From positions 12,276,001 through 12,340,000 of the forward strand of contig OX597825.1 of NCBI GenBank assembly GCA_951406725.2: DNA of 64,000 nucleotides, given 5' to 3'. Positions 12,051 through 26,677 of this stretch are shown in pieces. Both the position numbers and the translations under genes were made by a program. Below the pieces are notes generated by a model. It had not been told where the DNA came from. It saw nothing but the letters and a program-made list of their open reading frames with translations, and searched no databases. Origin of the DNA: Octopus vulgaris (taxonomy: Eukaryota). The number at the start of each line of letters is the position of its first letter. Position 1 is the stretch's first letter.

Positions 12051-13049
12051 CACATACATACATACATACATACATATTTATTATAATCTATCTATCTATC
12101 TGTCTTTCTATCTATCTCTTTATCAATCCATTTATATTCATACAAATATGTACACACATGTATGTATATATGTGTGTGTGAGCTTCTGTTTGTACACACA
12201 ACATACATGAATTTGCATACTATTATCATATACATTTTTTTAATCATAAGCCAGATGTTCATTTTTACTCTTATTGAACGAAACATATTTCATCCATTTC
12301 TTCCGCCCATTTCTTGTGTATAATTAGATTCGTTGCTATCTTTCAGCATATTAAGTACACTATAGCATTTCAACAAAAAACGGTTTATTTTTTATGAAAT
12401 CACTTATACAGTTTCGTTTTTGAATCCACTGTCAAATTGTTCTAACATCTATAAGCACTTTTAAATGAATGAAAACAGCAAACATAAATCTCCATAAGAG
12501 TGAGATTTAAATGGGAAAACATTATTTAGATATATATATTCGAAGAAAAAAAAACGTTTACTTATATTTCATATAAAATTCCTCCTTTGTATATCACTTG
12601 GAATAGATAGAGTACACACTTTGTTACTGATATACATTTAGAATGGGCTTTTTCTGTGTATATAATGTATTTCATTTTTCATTTTAATTTAAAGTATTTT
12701 ATCATAAAAATATCTTCAATATCTCTTTTAACACAAAAAATTGATTTCCATGAGTATTAATACTTTCAGTCCTACGTTTATTTTTCAGCTGAAAAATTTT
12801 GATTTTTTTTCTTTCAATTAAGCTATTTTATATTAATATTTTGTATTAATATTTTATATTAATAGTATAGCTCAACTTCAACATGGCAATAACACTTTTT
12901 TTCAGAATTTCTCAAATTCTTCATTGGCTGAAGAACAAAGTCTTTTAAGCAGATATGTTTTTACATGGCAAATTTCATTTTCTGAATCCATTATTTTAAC
13001 ATTTAATAATAATTCCTCAATAACATGCTGCACATAATCCATACAAATT

Positions 13050-13128
13050 TACTCAAACATTTCAAAGCTCTTGTTAAATTAAGAGATGCACCGTTGCAAC
13101 CTTCATCTCTGTGCTTTTCATCAGGTAC
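13050..13128 (-). ncRNA. Degenerate hammerhead ribozyme motif
   Basis: The minus strand reads CTGATGA-aaagc...gcttt-GAAA-tgttt, with an internal hairpin agagatg/catctct. Stem I is weak. Confidence 0.45.
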
Positions 13129-13180
13129 ATGACTTCTTACGGAAATTTAATAGAACATACACACATACAAAAATACGCAC

Positions 13181-13216
<36 letters not shown>

Positions 13217-13218
<2 letters not shown>

Positions 13219-13499
13219 CTTATAAATAAGGGCAAACGAAAAAATTTCTAATGCCAAATATGTCGAAATTGAACATATTGTCCATAACCATATAATTTTT
13301 CACAATACGCACTCTACTCGAAAAAAAAGCCGACAGAAATTTAAAAAAAATTCCATTATTACCATTTCTTTAAGAAATTTCTGTCGGTTTTTTTTCGAGT
13401 AGCGTGCGTATTGTGAAAAATTATATGGTTATGGACAATATGTTCAATTTCGACATTTTTGGCATTAGAAAGTTTTTCGTTTGCCCTTATTTATAAGTT
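13217..13499. repeat. Long inverted repeat (~125-bp arms, 32-bp spacer)
   Basis: 13217-13342 vs 13375-13499 show about 4 differences; it starts directly after (TA)n. Confidence 0.95.
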
Positions 13500-13606
13500 G
13501 TTTATAATTTTAACCTTTAAAGGTATTTCTTAATATGCTGGCCATTGATAAAAATTTTTTTCGAAAACTTTTATCCTACATTAAATATATATATATACCG
13601 CACTCA

Positions 13607-13646
<40 letters not shown>

Positions 13647-13759
13647 CACACATACCCCCACACACTCATTTTTATTTCAAATCCAAAATTTTAATAAATC
13701 AATCCAAAATATATTTTCCATCATTAAAAAATGATTTCTCACCAAATTTCCATTAAAAC

Positions 13760-14285
13760 TCAGTGGGTCTTATCTCAAACTTATTTCGAGTCATATTTTC
13801 AGCTCCACTTGTTTGATGAACGAAATGCCTCCCACTTTTGTTGCTTCGCTCAACTTGTTGCTTGTATATCAGGTCTCAACTTGTTGCCTGTATATCAGGT
13901 CTCAGCCAATTTTCCTTTGCTTCTTATTCACGAAAATATGCCATTTTCATCGTCGGTGACTATGTGGTGAAGAAATCAGTGTCATGAGTAGCCTGACGTC
14001 AGCCAAACAAACCGCCGAGGAAAGGGGGCTTCTGTAGTTTATTTCTTTCAAATATGCAAAAACGATGCACCACGGATTTGGACCTTACCAATCAAGTGAA
14101 TGTCTAGGGTAGCAATATCCATGAGCATCATGGAATGTGGAGGGTCAACGAGGTTGAAATTCTTTTTTCACTGGTAAAAACCATTTCTGTAATATTCTTT
14201 CAGTGATAACGTCTTCTCTGTACGCAGCAATACCATCTCGAACGGCTTTGGTAGCAATTTGGAAATTTGACTGAATTCGAAGAAA
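13760..14285 (-). mobile_element. Decayed mariner transposase fragment
   Basis: Minus strand: AYREDVITERILQKWF, LIGKVQIRGA and HHIVTDDE(K)W..VNKKQRK.WLRPDIQAT. There is an internal ~27-bp tandem duplication near 13850-13903. Confidence 0.7.
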
Positions 14286-14807
14286 AGTAGATATCAAAAA
14301 TTCTATTTTTTTTTCTTCTAATCGTCTTCCGTCTTTCTATAACTGAAAAGAGGTAAAATGAATTGAAATTTTAAAAACGATGAACAAAAGATTGAGAAGA
14401 AGTATAGAGATTAAAAGAATCATGAAACGCTACGATAAAAATATTTTTCGTGTTATATATACACATGTATACAGTTACATACTTGCATACATACATCTAT
14501 GCATACATATTAAGTCTCAACATAGAAATATAATCTTTAAGTGGAACAGTAAAAATATGAAAGACTACTCTCAAGCTTAAAAGGTGACGTTATAGTCTAC
14601 ATTCCAACGATGGAGCTTTGTATCTTTGTTAGAAGCTAGAAACCAGCTCCATCGTCAAAGGAAGAATTTAGATGACTACGTACAGAACACACAGACACAT
14701 GCACGCACGCACCTCCACACATATACTTACATATATATAGGTCTGGAGTACTTTGTTGATTTGACTATCGCAGATCAGTGTATTATACATACACACGCAT
14801 GCACACA

Positions 14808-14901
<94 letters not shown>

Positions 14902-14915
14902 CATTTGTAAGTATA

Positions 14916-15151
14916 CCAATTTCTTTATTACCCACAAGGGGCTAAACATAGAGGGGACAAACAAGGACAGCCAAAGGGATTAAGTCGATTACATCGATCC
15001 CAGTGCGTAACTGGTACTTTATTTAATCTATCCCGAAAGGATGACAGGCAAAGTCGACCTCGGCGGAATTTGAACTCAGAACGTAACGGCAGACGAAATA
15101 CCGCTAATCATTTCACCCGGCGCGCTAACGTTTCTGCCCGCTCGCCGCCTT
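14916..15151 (-). mobile_element. tRNA-derived SINE family B monomer (Deu/Nin-like domain) with 13-bp TSD
   Basis: Head ggcggcgagc...gttcaaattcc, core cctgtcatcctttcggg; TSD atttgtaagtata at 14903-14915 and 15152-15164. Confidence 0.93.
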
Positions 15152-16242
15152 ATTTGTAAGTATATATAAGCTATATCAGATTTTCAATACATGTATGAAT
15201 CTGTATAAGTACTATCATCTGTTGGTGAGCCATTTAAGCTTCTCCTCAATACGTGTACTAAGAGGTAAGAAAAGAAACGGGTGGCGATAAAATGCGGCTG
15301 GCGTCATTACCGCTGGAACGAAAAGTATCGGAGCACGGAGTGCAAGGGCATCCGGTACACTGGTGTGACAGTTGCATAAATACATTACCATAAAGAGGTA
15401 ATTGTTTATCGATCCTGATACGTTGAAAAAGAAATTTGGCCCCTGTGGTGATTTAACTCAGATCAAACTGAGATGGAACAAATATCGTCAGGCATTAGAA
15501 CGGATGTTCAAAGAAATCATCAAATTAAGCGCTTTCTATAAACATACATATATGTATGATGTGTGTGTGTGTCAGTGTGCAGGAATATGTGTGTACGTGT
15601 GACGGTATATGGATGCATGTTTATATACATATACACATACACATGTGTGTGTGTGTGTGTGTGTGTGTTGTGTGTTATATTGCAGTGAACATGCCATGGC
15701 AAATGGATTCCAATATTTAGAACTCGTTCTTTAGGGAAAATTTGAAAGGAAAGAAATTAATGCAAGCACACACAAGCCCATACAAACATAGCAATGCAGG
15801 ACCCCACCACACACACACGCCTCTCCCACACGCACGCCCACACACCCACAAACACAGATACAAACACATGCAGGGATAAAGAGAGAAATTTAGTCAGTAA
15901 AATGCTAATTTTATACTTCTCGCAGTAGGGTAATCACAAATATCTCAGCGATTGCTTTGTTCTGAAGCTCTTTTTCACTTCGAAGAAAACAATTACGAAC
16001 CACGAGATCATTTTGGTGCATATAAAACACATTTTATCATAATGAAATGCGCTGTATAAGTCTATGACAGAAAGAAATTAATTAAGTCAATTCCATGTAT
16101 TTCTAGTAAATGATAAATAAAAGTCGTACGTAAGTAATATATTTATTATTAAAAGGAAACGAAAATCTGTTTATCAAAAAGATTTTATATTAAAGTACCC
16201 CACAAATAATCGTAAATGTTTTGCAATACACTCTGATATATT

Positions 16243-16473
16243 TATTTCTTTATTGCCCACAAGGGGCTAAACACAGGGGGGACAAACAAGGACAGACAAA
16301 GGGATTAAGTCGATTACATCGACCCCAGTGCGTAACTGGTACTTATTTAATCGACCCCGAAAGGATGAAGGGCAAAGTCGACCTCGGCGGAATTTGAACT
16401 CAGAACGTAGCGGCAGACGAAATACCACAAAGCATTTCGCCCGGCGTGCTAACGATTCTGCCAGCTCGCCGCC
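16243..16473 (-). mobile_element. SINE family B monomer
   Basis: Near-identical to 14916-15151; imperfect TSD tgatat(a/g)ttattt. Confidence 0.93.
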
Positions 16474-16965
16474 TGATATGTTATTTAGATCGTAGTCTTT
16501 ACCAATGCTGAGGTTTCTCTACACTGTAAATAATCGCCAGCTTATTCGGATTGAAGCCTAACACAAAAAATAGAATCTAGCCAGCTTCACCCAACGTATG
16601 TCTGAATGAAAAACCGTAGTAGTATAGTAACTGATTACTTTCAAACCCGAGGCTAATATTTTGTGCATATCCAAAATTTGTACTTTACATTCCGTTTCAA
16701 TTCTTCCAAAAATGGTGTTTTGTAATGTATGAAAATGTTTAAAAATCCCCATGCTGTCAGAGCATTCACTAATATGCAAACTAGATACAACGGTGTAGAC
16801 TATACTGAGTTTGCCGAAGTTACAAGTAAATATAAGAGATAATTTTCTGTGAAATTTTTGTATATTTTCTTCCAGAAATTCTCATAAGACGTTGATTAAG
16901 TTCAAGTAGAAATAAAATCATACGGATTATGTATTTTTAATACTTTCATCGTGATATGTGAAATG

Positions 16966-17150
16966 TATTGGGTTATCCCATAAATAAAGCGTTTATTTAT
17001 ACTTCTTTTATTGTTCAAAATAAAGAGAAACAAAGATCGTGTTTTTTTTTCATCTAAGATATACTCTCCTTCATTTTCTACAATGCTCTTCCATCCAAGA
17101 CCGGTTTGGAATGAGATCTGACTTCTTTTCACGGAGGCAACGCCGGGCAT
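16966..17150 (-). mobile_element. Mariner 3' end remnant with TIR
   Basis: WKSIVENEGEYILD (mariner C-terminus) followed by the TIR-like end TA|ttgggttatcccataaataa. Confidence 0.7.
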
Positions 17151-17804
17151 TCTTGTAATCAAAATGATTTCGACAAACAAAAGAATCTTACTGGCCTTCA
17201 CTCTTTCATTCATTCTTTCTTTCTTTCTTTCTTTCTTGCTTTCTTTCTTTCTTCCTTTCTTTCTTTCTTTCTTTCTCTGTCTGTCTGCCCGTCTGCCTCC
17301 TCTCTCCCTATATATCTCTCTTTTCTCTCCCTTGTACATAATGGCTGATACGTTGAGGATATGTCAAGTTAACTAAAGCGAGAGACAGGCAGCTTGCTAA
17401 GTGTGGGCTAGATTTGGTGACTCCCGACATGCATATTACCAGATATGATGTCTCCAGTAACAATACTATCTCCATGAAATAATCCACTATTGGTAATGAA
17501 TTCCTGGGGCCATCAATCAAATATTGGCTGCGTATCCATTGCTGAAGGGATTAAAATAGGAAAAGATATCACAAGGAGACGTCACAATCTTTTTTTGAAG
17601 ATATGCGAGAAAATATACATGCCAAGTGTTGAAAAATTGTATAGACATGAGGAAAGTGTCCGATATTTTAGCTGTATTTTAGTAATTTCAGACTAACCGA
17701 AAATAAGAGTTGAATAGGCAGTGTGATCGACTGAATCGATTATGTGCATGAAGTTATCGCCCTGCATTGCGGTAGGTTAATAACTGAAACCAGGAACGAA
17801 TGAA

Positions 17805-18055
<251 letters not shown>

Positions 18056-19269
18056 GTTTATCTCAAAATTAAATTGTATGCATACATAGTTGTTAGTTGT
18101 ATATCTGTGCGCTATGCGTCAATACATACAAACAAACACACACATACACACACACGCGCACACACACACACATATGTATGTATATGCATATATATATGTA
18201 CGTATGTGTGTGGATGTGTACATACATACATATATATATATATATGTATCTATACGTTTGAGAGTTCTGTGCTTATTTATGCATATGCAAGCATATAAGA
18301 ACATGTTTATCTATATCTATATCTATCTATCTCTATCTATCTATCTATATATATATATATGCATAGGTTTATATACATACAAACACACACGCACAGATAT
18401 ATATATATATATGTAATTGATAACAAAATTTTATAGTGACTTCAATACAACATCTCCTTGATATTCGTCTAAAATAACATGATATGAACAGTTATGAACC
18501 GTGTTTAATTTTGTTGACAGTACAATCATCAGCGTTTAGTGTATGGCGAATGACATTTAACGCTTCTGTATGTCGTACATTTACAAATACCAGAAATATT
18601 AAAATATTGTTTTCAAAGAGAAGAAAAGAAGAAATAAAAACCCTAACTCTTAATATGAACGCTTGCGAAGTTTATTTAATGTTTTAGCAAAATGACTATT
18701 TAGCCTCAGATCTTGGTTTGTAACGTGTTTTGCTTAATGTAATCATCTCTTTTGTTATTCCTTTTTATTCTTAAACATAGTCAAATACACTCAAACGTAC
18801 TCAGACGTATACGCACAGACAATTACATAAATATATGAACCCGTACTTAGCATTAATTCTCTCGCTCTTTCCCTCTCCTATGTCAATGGTTTTAATGCAT
18901 TCGCGCATACACATAAGCGCATACACATCCACACACGTACATATATTTTTATATCTATACATACGTATATATGTGCGTGTGAATGCGTATGTTTAAACAG
19001 ATTATACATGCGTATATATTATAACTATAACGTCTACAAAGAACTGGCAATTCATAGAAATCATATTATAGGAAGAACGAAGTTAATATACATGTGTGTT
19101 TCAACACACACACAGCCGCAGACACGCTCACACACACACACATACATGTTTATATATGTATATACACATAATGTTTGTTCTCTCAAAATTTTCGTCTGAA
19201 AGCGCAATATCATTTATATATGTACAGGTACATCATACTTACGTGCAAACATTCATATATGTCTTTGTA

Positions 19270-19296
19270 TGTATATATATATGTATATGTGTATAG

Positions 19297-19357
<61 letters not shown>

Positions 19358-19432
19358 GTATATGTATATATATATGTTTATACATATATATATATATATG
19401 TATATGTATATATATATATATGTATATGTATG

Positions 19433-19463
<31 letters not shown>

Positions 19464-19490
19464 ATGTCTGTATATACATATGTGTGTATA
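19270..19490. repeat. (TA)n/(TG)n microsatellite
   Basis: Seen directly. Confidence 0.95.
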
Positions 19491-19979
19491 TTGTATCTTC
19501 ATGGATGAACTTAACAGCTCAAGTACTACACTTTTCTATGGCTGAAACCTATATCATGTGGTTTTACGTACGATATTATTAATAAATATCACGATTGAAA
19601 TGATAACCATGTGAACAGAATTAAAATGGCGCATATAACACAGGTCTTCGACCAAACAAATCTTTTGACGTTCATTGGGTGAAATTTCTAAAGTTTTCCC
19701 TGCTGGTATTAAAAATTACAAGGGTATTGTCCTATCACATATGGTTTCTTCACAAAATTGATAATCGTATTTTTCAATTATGCTCGGATTTGACTATTGT
19801 ATTTTTTATTGTTGCTATTAATTGTCATAATTAAATAGACAATGACGGTATGACTAATAGGTGTAATTTTGAGAAATATGTATCGAGTAACGTTTATGCT
19901 GCTTGAGCAGGATAGAAAAGTGTCTGCGTCACAGTTGCTTCAGGCACACGTAAGACGCGCTTCACAAGGTTAGTTTGCT

Positions 19980-20028
<49 letters not shown>

Positions 20029-20059
20029 TTAATAATAATAATAACAACAACAATAATGA

Positions 20060-20101
<42 letters not shown>

Positions 20102-20135
20102 GAAGAGGAAGAAGAAGTAGAAGAAATAGAAGAAG

Positions 20136-20167
<32 letters not shown>

Positions 20168-20207
20168 CAACAACAACAACAACAACATCAATAATAATAA
20201 TAATAAT
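19980..20207. repeat. Compound (AAT)n/(AAC)n/(AAG)n tract
   Basis: Seen directly; the triplets are in phase. Confidence 0.96.
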
Positions 20208-20208
20208 G

Positions 20209-20458
20209 AAATTATTGTATACAGTGCTCAGGAGCACCACAACTAGTCGAAAGTGCGTATAAAGAATATGCAGTAATGTACAAATGTCTGGGAAGTGAAC
20301 AGTGTATGAATCCGATACATGCTTGCGTGTGTATGCAGGGGAGAAAATCAGATGTAGTGTTGGTGAATCTCAGGAAGCATGGAAGTTTTGGAGGATGCAG
20401 TGCTCCGACAACTAACAACTGATGCTGGCAGTTTGTTCCATGCTTCAGCAACTCTTAG
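20209..20458 (-). mobile_element. CR1-like LINE 3' fragment
   Basis: LRVAEAWNKLPASVVSCRSTASSK...* followed by a 3' UTR that runs into (ATT)n. Confidence 0.8.
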
Positions 20459-21016
20459 TTTAATATTTTGTCTTTTTCAGTTATTTTCCGATTCCTTTGT
20501 CAATATATATTTGCTACATACTTTGTGGTAAGTTTATGACAAAGGAACGTAAGGGGAAACTTACCAGGAAGTCAAAACAAGAAGTGGGCCCTTCAAAAGG
20601 CCAGTCTAGTTTGTGTTAAAGACAATGGACAAAATGTACAAAAATATCTTTGTCGTTTTGTGGGTGCATTGTTACGGACCCACTGGTAGTGAACCGAAAA
20701 GCGGGATAGATTGCAGTGCCTACGTGACTGTCCTCGAGAAATGTGGAGTGTTGCGAAATATTGTAACGGCTGCAAAAATACAAGAAAAGATGATTGGCTG
20801 CACGGTAGGGTGGTGGTAAATCGCATGTTTATCTTACCTGCCCAACGAACACTATTTTCATATACCAGACAGTAGCGCTGCTGAGAAAGGACCCATACAA
20901 GGTGAATCATATTGGTACTGTTCGACCCATAACTATAAAAATTAGCAAAGGTCTTAGCCATGAGTTTCGCGCTGGCTGTGGTGCAAATATGGCCATCTTG
21001 ATCATACCTACCACGA

Positions 21017-21065
21017 GTAGTAGTAGTAGCAGTAGTAGTTAGTGAAGCTAGTAGTAGTAGTAGTA

Positions 21066-21129
<64 letters not shown>

Positions 21130-21133
21130 AAGA

Positions 21134-21209
<76 letters not shown>

Positions 21210-21278
21210 TTAGTAGTAGTAGTAGTTAGTAGTAGTAGTAGTAGCAGTAGTAGTAGCAGTAGTAGTAATAGTAGTAGT

Positions 21279-21325
<47 letters not shown>
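21017..21325. repeat. (TAG)n microsatellite
   Basis: Seen directly. Confidence 0.97.
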
Positions 21326-22030
21326 TTGTTTCTCTTTATCACAGGTTTTGTTGGAGCTCCTGGAGATCTGCATGCGTAGCGGGCTTTCTACCTGCAGCTA
21401 TCCATTCAGCTTCTAATACTTACCTGATCATTCAGGCCGTGCCAAGGAGGTAACATTTTGTAACAGTTCTACTAGGTACTCTATTCCGATTTCCTTTATA
21501 TTCCCCTTGATGCTGTTCCCAAGGATCAAACAATAATTGGCACTATCTTCACCTTCATTTTTCCATAGCCGGGATATTTCGTACTTATCAGGGTCGTATC
21601 CGTCTATCTTTTCGCCTTTCTTTCTTGAATATTTGTGAGTCAAAGGAGCATGGAACATCAACTATATAGCATATGTGACTCACTTTGTTCACAACCACAA
21701 GGTCTGGTCTGTTATGTTCTAGCACCTGATCTATTTAGACTGGGAAATCCCATAGGATTTTGCTAGTCTCCGACTCGGACACTCTGTGATGTTTGTGCAC
21801 CTACCGCATGTTGCCTCTCTCCAGCCAGCTCCCACTTTTCGCACAATGTCCAGTGTAGCGCTTGCATTATACGATCGTGTCACTAAAACCTATAGTGATT
21901 TGTGGCTAGTCTTGGGCAATCGTTTATGATATGGGCACTCTATTGCAGATGCGGCAAAGCGGAGGCACTGACCAAATCTTGAAGCTGATCTTCCAGTTCA
22001 TGGCTAATTATCGTCATCTTGCGCTGCCAT
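21326..22030 (-). mobile_element. R4/Dong-clade LINE 3' fragment (CCHC knuckle + REL endonuclease), decayed
   Basis: MAAQD, LCRIC...HIINDCP, HDRI..LHWTLC, KILWDFP, HNRPDLVVV...IVDV and YEISRLWK. Confidence 0.88.
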
Positions 22031-22039
22031 TATTGTCGT

Positions 22040-22717
<678 letters not shown>

Positions 22718-22912
22718 GTCGGCGAGATAGCTAAGTCATTAGCGGATAGGAAAATGTTTGTTTTGCAATATTTCTATGAGTTTCATAGATTTTCAGGGCC
22801 ATTTCCTCTTAGGGCATCTTTACCTTTTTCTCCTATCGGGGTCGATGAAATATTGCCCAAGTCAAATACTAGGGGTCAACGGCATCCTCTAATCTCTCTC
22901 CCCACCCCCGTC
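22718..22912 (+). mobile_element. Highly decayed SINE family B copy
   Basis: ggcgag...ttagc head, tcggggtcgatgaaata and ctaggggtcaa. Confidence 0.55.
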
Positions 22913-24699
22913 TGTGCTTCAATCCTTAAATTCATTTTATTACGTCTCTGCCAAATTCGTAACTGCTCACCAGTTTCATACCATAAAATTTTGAATAAAA
23001 ATTTTATTCTTTATTTTCTCTAACTTTCCCGTGCGTCTTAGAGACGTGAATGCCGTCTCAGCCAACTATCGTAATATCGGAGCTATTCATAAAAATGACC
23101 TCTCGATTATTGAACGACTCCTCTTTAAAATTTCGCAGAGTAAGATGTGAAATATAATTAAATTTCGACGTGTTTTACTACACGATCTGAAGTTAGAACG
23201 ATTTAAGCAAGAGATTATCATTCAATCCGAAACAGAGAAAGGAAGCAAAATGAAAAATTATAATAACATACTTTTGATGTTTTATGTAATCGTTCATGTT
23301 TAAGAAATTCTTGTAAGTTATGAAGTTGAAGTAAAGTAGAATCGATGAAACAAACGATTATGGTTATAATCAATCGAAACACGTGAATTTACATGTAATA
23401 GAAATAAATGAAAGATGAAATTTAAAAGAAAACATGGCAAAGAACCGAAATAAAGAAAGGCTCTTTATGAGATTTTCAAGATTTCATATCAATATTAGTA
23501 TTAAAAGAAGAAAAGAGAAATGAGATTGAAATGGAGAATAAAGACCAAACTCAAACTTCCTTCACCCTCTTTAGATCGAGATCAAAGAGTTAAAACAAAG
23601 ATATCATAAATTAAATATTAGTTTGTTGTTTGAAGAACAAAGGTTTATAGTCCAACGGTGTTTTCCTTTGGAAAAGAAACTGGCTGTTACTGCCATGAAC
23701 TTTACTCACATTCACGGAGCCTGAATGGAATCAATAAGTGAAAATGAGCATTAAAGTTGACAGCAGAAGTATATTGATGTAGTTGAACTTCCTAACAGAG
23801 GTGGAACTTATTATGTTTATTAAAGTTCTTATAACCATTATTGAAGTTTTCTTACGTTATTTCGTTTCTAGACCTTCAAGAAATTGCCAAGAAAATTGTT
23901 TGAATATAATATTTTTGCGAGCATTCACAAACATCAAAACTGCAGCTATTGCCTTAATGCACATAGAAAACACATGTAGGTGGACTCATATGATTGTTTG
24001 TGTCGAAGTGATTTGTTTCAGCAGTTTTCTTTTTTTTATTATTTGGTGCTTACGTTTCGACATGGGCGTTGGCGAGTGTGTGCTTGTCTTTATCCGATAT
24101 TGATCGTGCGCGCGTGTGTGTGACGTGTCTGCATGTCAATATGTATATGTGTATTTGTGTCTGTGTGTTTGTGCTTGCGTGTATATGTGTGCTTCTGTGC
24201 TCAGTAACAATATATGTTCTAAGAAATTATTGAATATTGGAGTCATGTTTTCGAATAAGCCACAAATGTCGGAATAGAATATTGAATACGAAAAAAAAAA
24301 ATCATATAGAAAGAAGCAACCCATACTGAAGAGAATTGAAAAGGGCGTGAGAGAAAGGAGAAGAGAGTAAAAGGCAGATCAACAGAAGGAGAATAGTGAG
24401 AGTGTGGATATATAAATACGTAATAGTGTGAAAAGGACACAGAGAAATAATTAGAATGAAAGGGGAATAATTCTTAGAAGAAGTACGAACGAAACACTGA
24501 ATTTCCCTGATTTAGAAATTGCATATTTGGAGTTAGTTTTAATAACAATAATAATATTTAATTTCACTAACCATACACACTTTATTAGTTTCTCCAATGC
24601 ACCAAAACTAATACAGCACTTGTATGTGTATAATTTAGTTTCTAATAAATGTACTGCGTTGGTTTGTTCATTCAGTGTGTAATATTTTAAACAAAGTAA

Positions 24700-24895
24700 A
24701 GACAGCGAGCCAGCAGAACCGTTAAGGGCGTCGGGAAAATATTAACGGTATTTCTTTCAGCTTTTTAAATTCTGAGTTTAAATGCCGCCGAGGTCGAATT
24801 TGTCTTTCATGCTGTCTGGTTCGATAAAACAAATACAATATAAACACTGGAGTCGATGGAATTGTTAGCCTTATATCAAAATTAGAAAGAATATT
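24700..24895 (+). mobile_element. Decayed SINE family B copy
   Basis: gcgagccagcagaaccgtta...ttctgagtttaaatgccgccgaggtcgaatttgtctttcat. Confidence 0.75.
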
Positions 24896-26277
24896 TTAAC
24901 TGGAAGACTTGCTTCACGTTCAGCAATATATCTGAGGCTACCTCGAAGAGATTCTGTACATTTTTGGATCAGAAGTATTGTTAATTTAGCAGTTTTCTTA
25001 TCATTAGCATTCTATTCTTTTCAGTAAATGTTCACTCAATTATGTCGCCATATAATATCAAGCAATACAACACAAATCACAAATTATCCTGAAAAGCAAC
25101 CTCTCCATTAAGATGTATGACCAAGTCTTGACTTCCAAATTAAGCTCTCTTTCCTTCTGTCAAGAATTATAACCTTTTGCTCATTGTTCATTGTGTTATA
25201 CATGTTCGCATTAATCATATTTAAGCATCAGATCTTGTCTTTCTCTTCCGATTTCTAAAGTATTAGCTCTCATTTTCTTCCTACAAGGCTAAAATTATCA
25301 TTAGTGCCCCTCCACACTCTCATATTTCCTCCAAATATATTTCAAGTTTTTGTGCAATTAGCTACAAATATTCAGAATTGTGCGTAAAACAAGGAAATTC
25401 GACTTACGACAGATAGCAAATTAGTGGTTGTCGGAATCAGTCGCCCCACTTTATCAACACTAGACAAGTTTAGATAAGCTATATTTACTAGAATTTTGCT
25501 GGGTCATTTCCGCTTCACTGTTGTTTAAGACCATGTATTATCCGTGTTATACACAAGATATATGTATAAGTAGTACTCTATCTTGTTAATCTGGGCTGAG
25601 AATAATTCATATTTTCTCCCTCTTTAATGGGCAATGATCCTACAAAACCTCGTAAACGTCCTTCATCCACTGACTAAAACAAAAATGACAAATCTGATTA
25701 AAATTACACCACATTTTCATATAACAAGGCGTACTATATTAGCTAATGTAGATATTGATACACTAGAAGATGCAGCATAATCCTGAATGACTGCACCACC
25801 TTGGATCATAAGTCTATCTGAGCAGGGCCAAACAACACAAACAATTCTTTAAATTCCTTCCAATCAAATATGTCCAAAAAAGTTTGAATCACTTCAAAAT
25901 ATAAAATGATAATAATAAAGGAGCTCTATGATAAATGTATCCTCCCAAAAATAGCGAAATCATTCCCTACGTTCGTAATACTCTTCATTCATATAATGAA
26001 TGTCACTCATATTACGCTAAGACACGACAACAACAGCTGAAAAAAATTTCAGCTCAAAATAAAGTTTTAAATTCCCTGTTTCAAATCGATAATCGCATAA
26101 TCGCGATCGATTAATGAATTCAAATAAATCTGTCTACCTTATAGGGTGGTATGTACTTCTACAGAAATTGAAGTACTAGCTAAACCCCGACAAGTAACCT
26201 AAATTTATACATTTCTCATATTTAATGGAAAATATGAGTGAGAATTTGATAAGTTATAATGGAATCTGATACATGTA

Positions 26278-26677
26278 TAGACGCAGCTGTGGCTGTGTGG
26301 TAAGATGTTTGCTTTCTAAACACACGATTGCAGTTTCAATCACAATGCGTGGCACCTTGGGCAAGTTTCTTCTACTATGGTCTCGCCCCGACCAAAGCGT
26401 TGTGAATGCATTTGGCGGACGAAAGTTAGAAGAAGCTGTCGTGTTTGTGTGTGTCTGTGTGTCTTAATTTATCCCACCTCACCGCTTGATAATCGGTGTT
26501 GGAGTGATTATGTCCAGGTAACTTAGCGGATCAGAAACAGTGAGTGATAGAATAAGTACCAGGCTTAAAAAAAACAGTACTGGGGTCGATACATTCGATT
26601 AAATATTCTTGAAGTCTATGCCTCAGCATGGTCGCAGTCTAATGTCTGAAGCAAGTAAAAGAGAAAAGTATAAAAGA
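26278..26677 (+). mobile_element. SINE family A copy (older)
   Basis: gtggctgtgtggtaag head, ggcaccttgggcaagt, and 3' cagcatggtcgcagtctaatgtctgaagcaag. Confidence 0.88.

Noticed and set aside
14607-14655. 11-bp inverted repeat acgatggagct/agctccatcgt
   Set aside because: Too short, with a poorly pairing loop, for a miRNA or MITE call.
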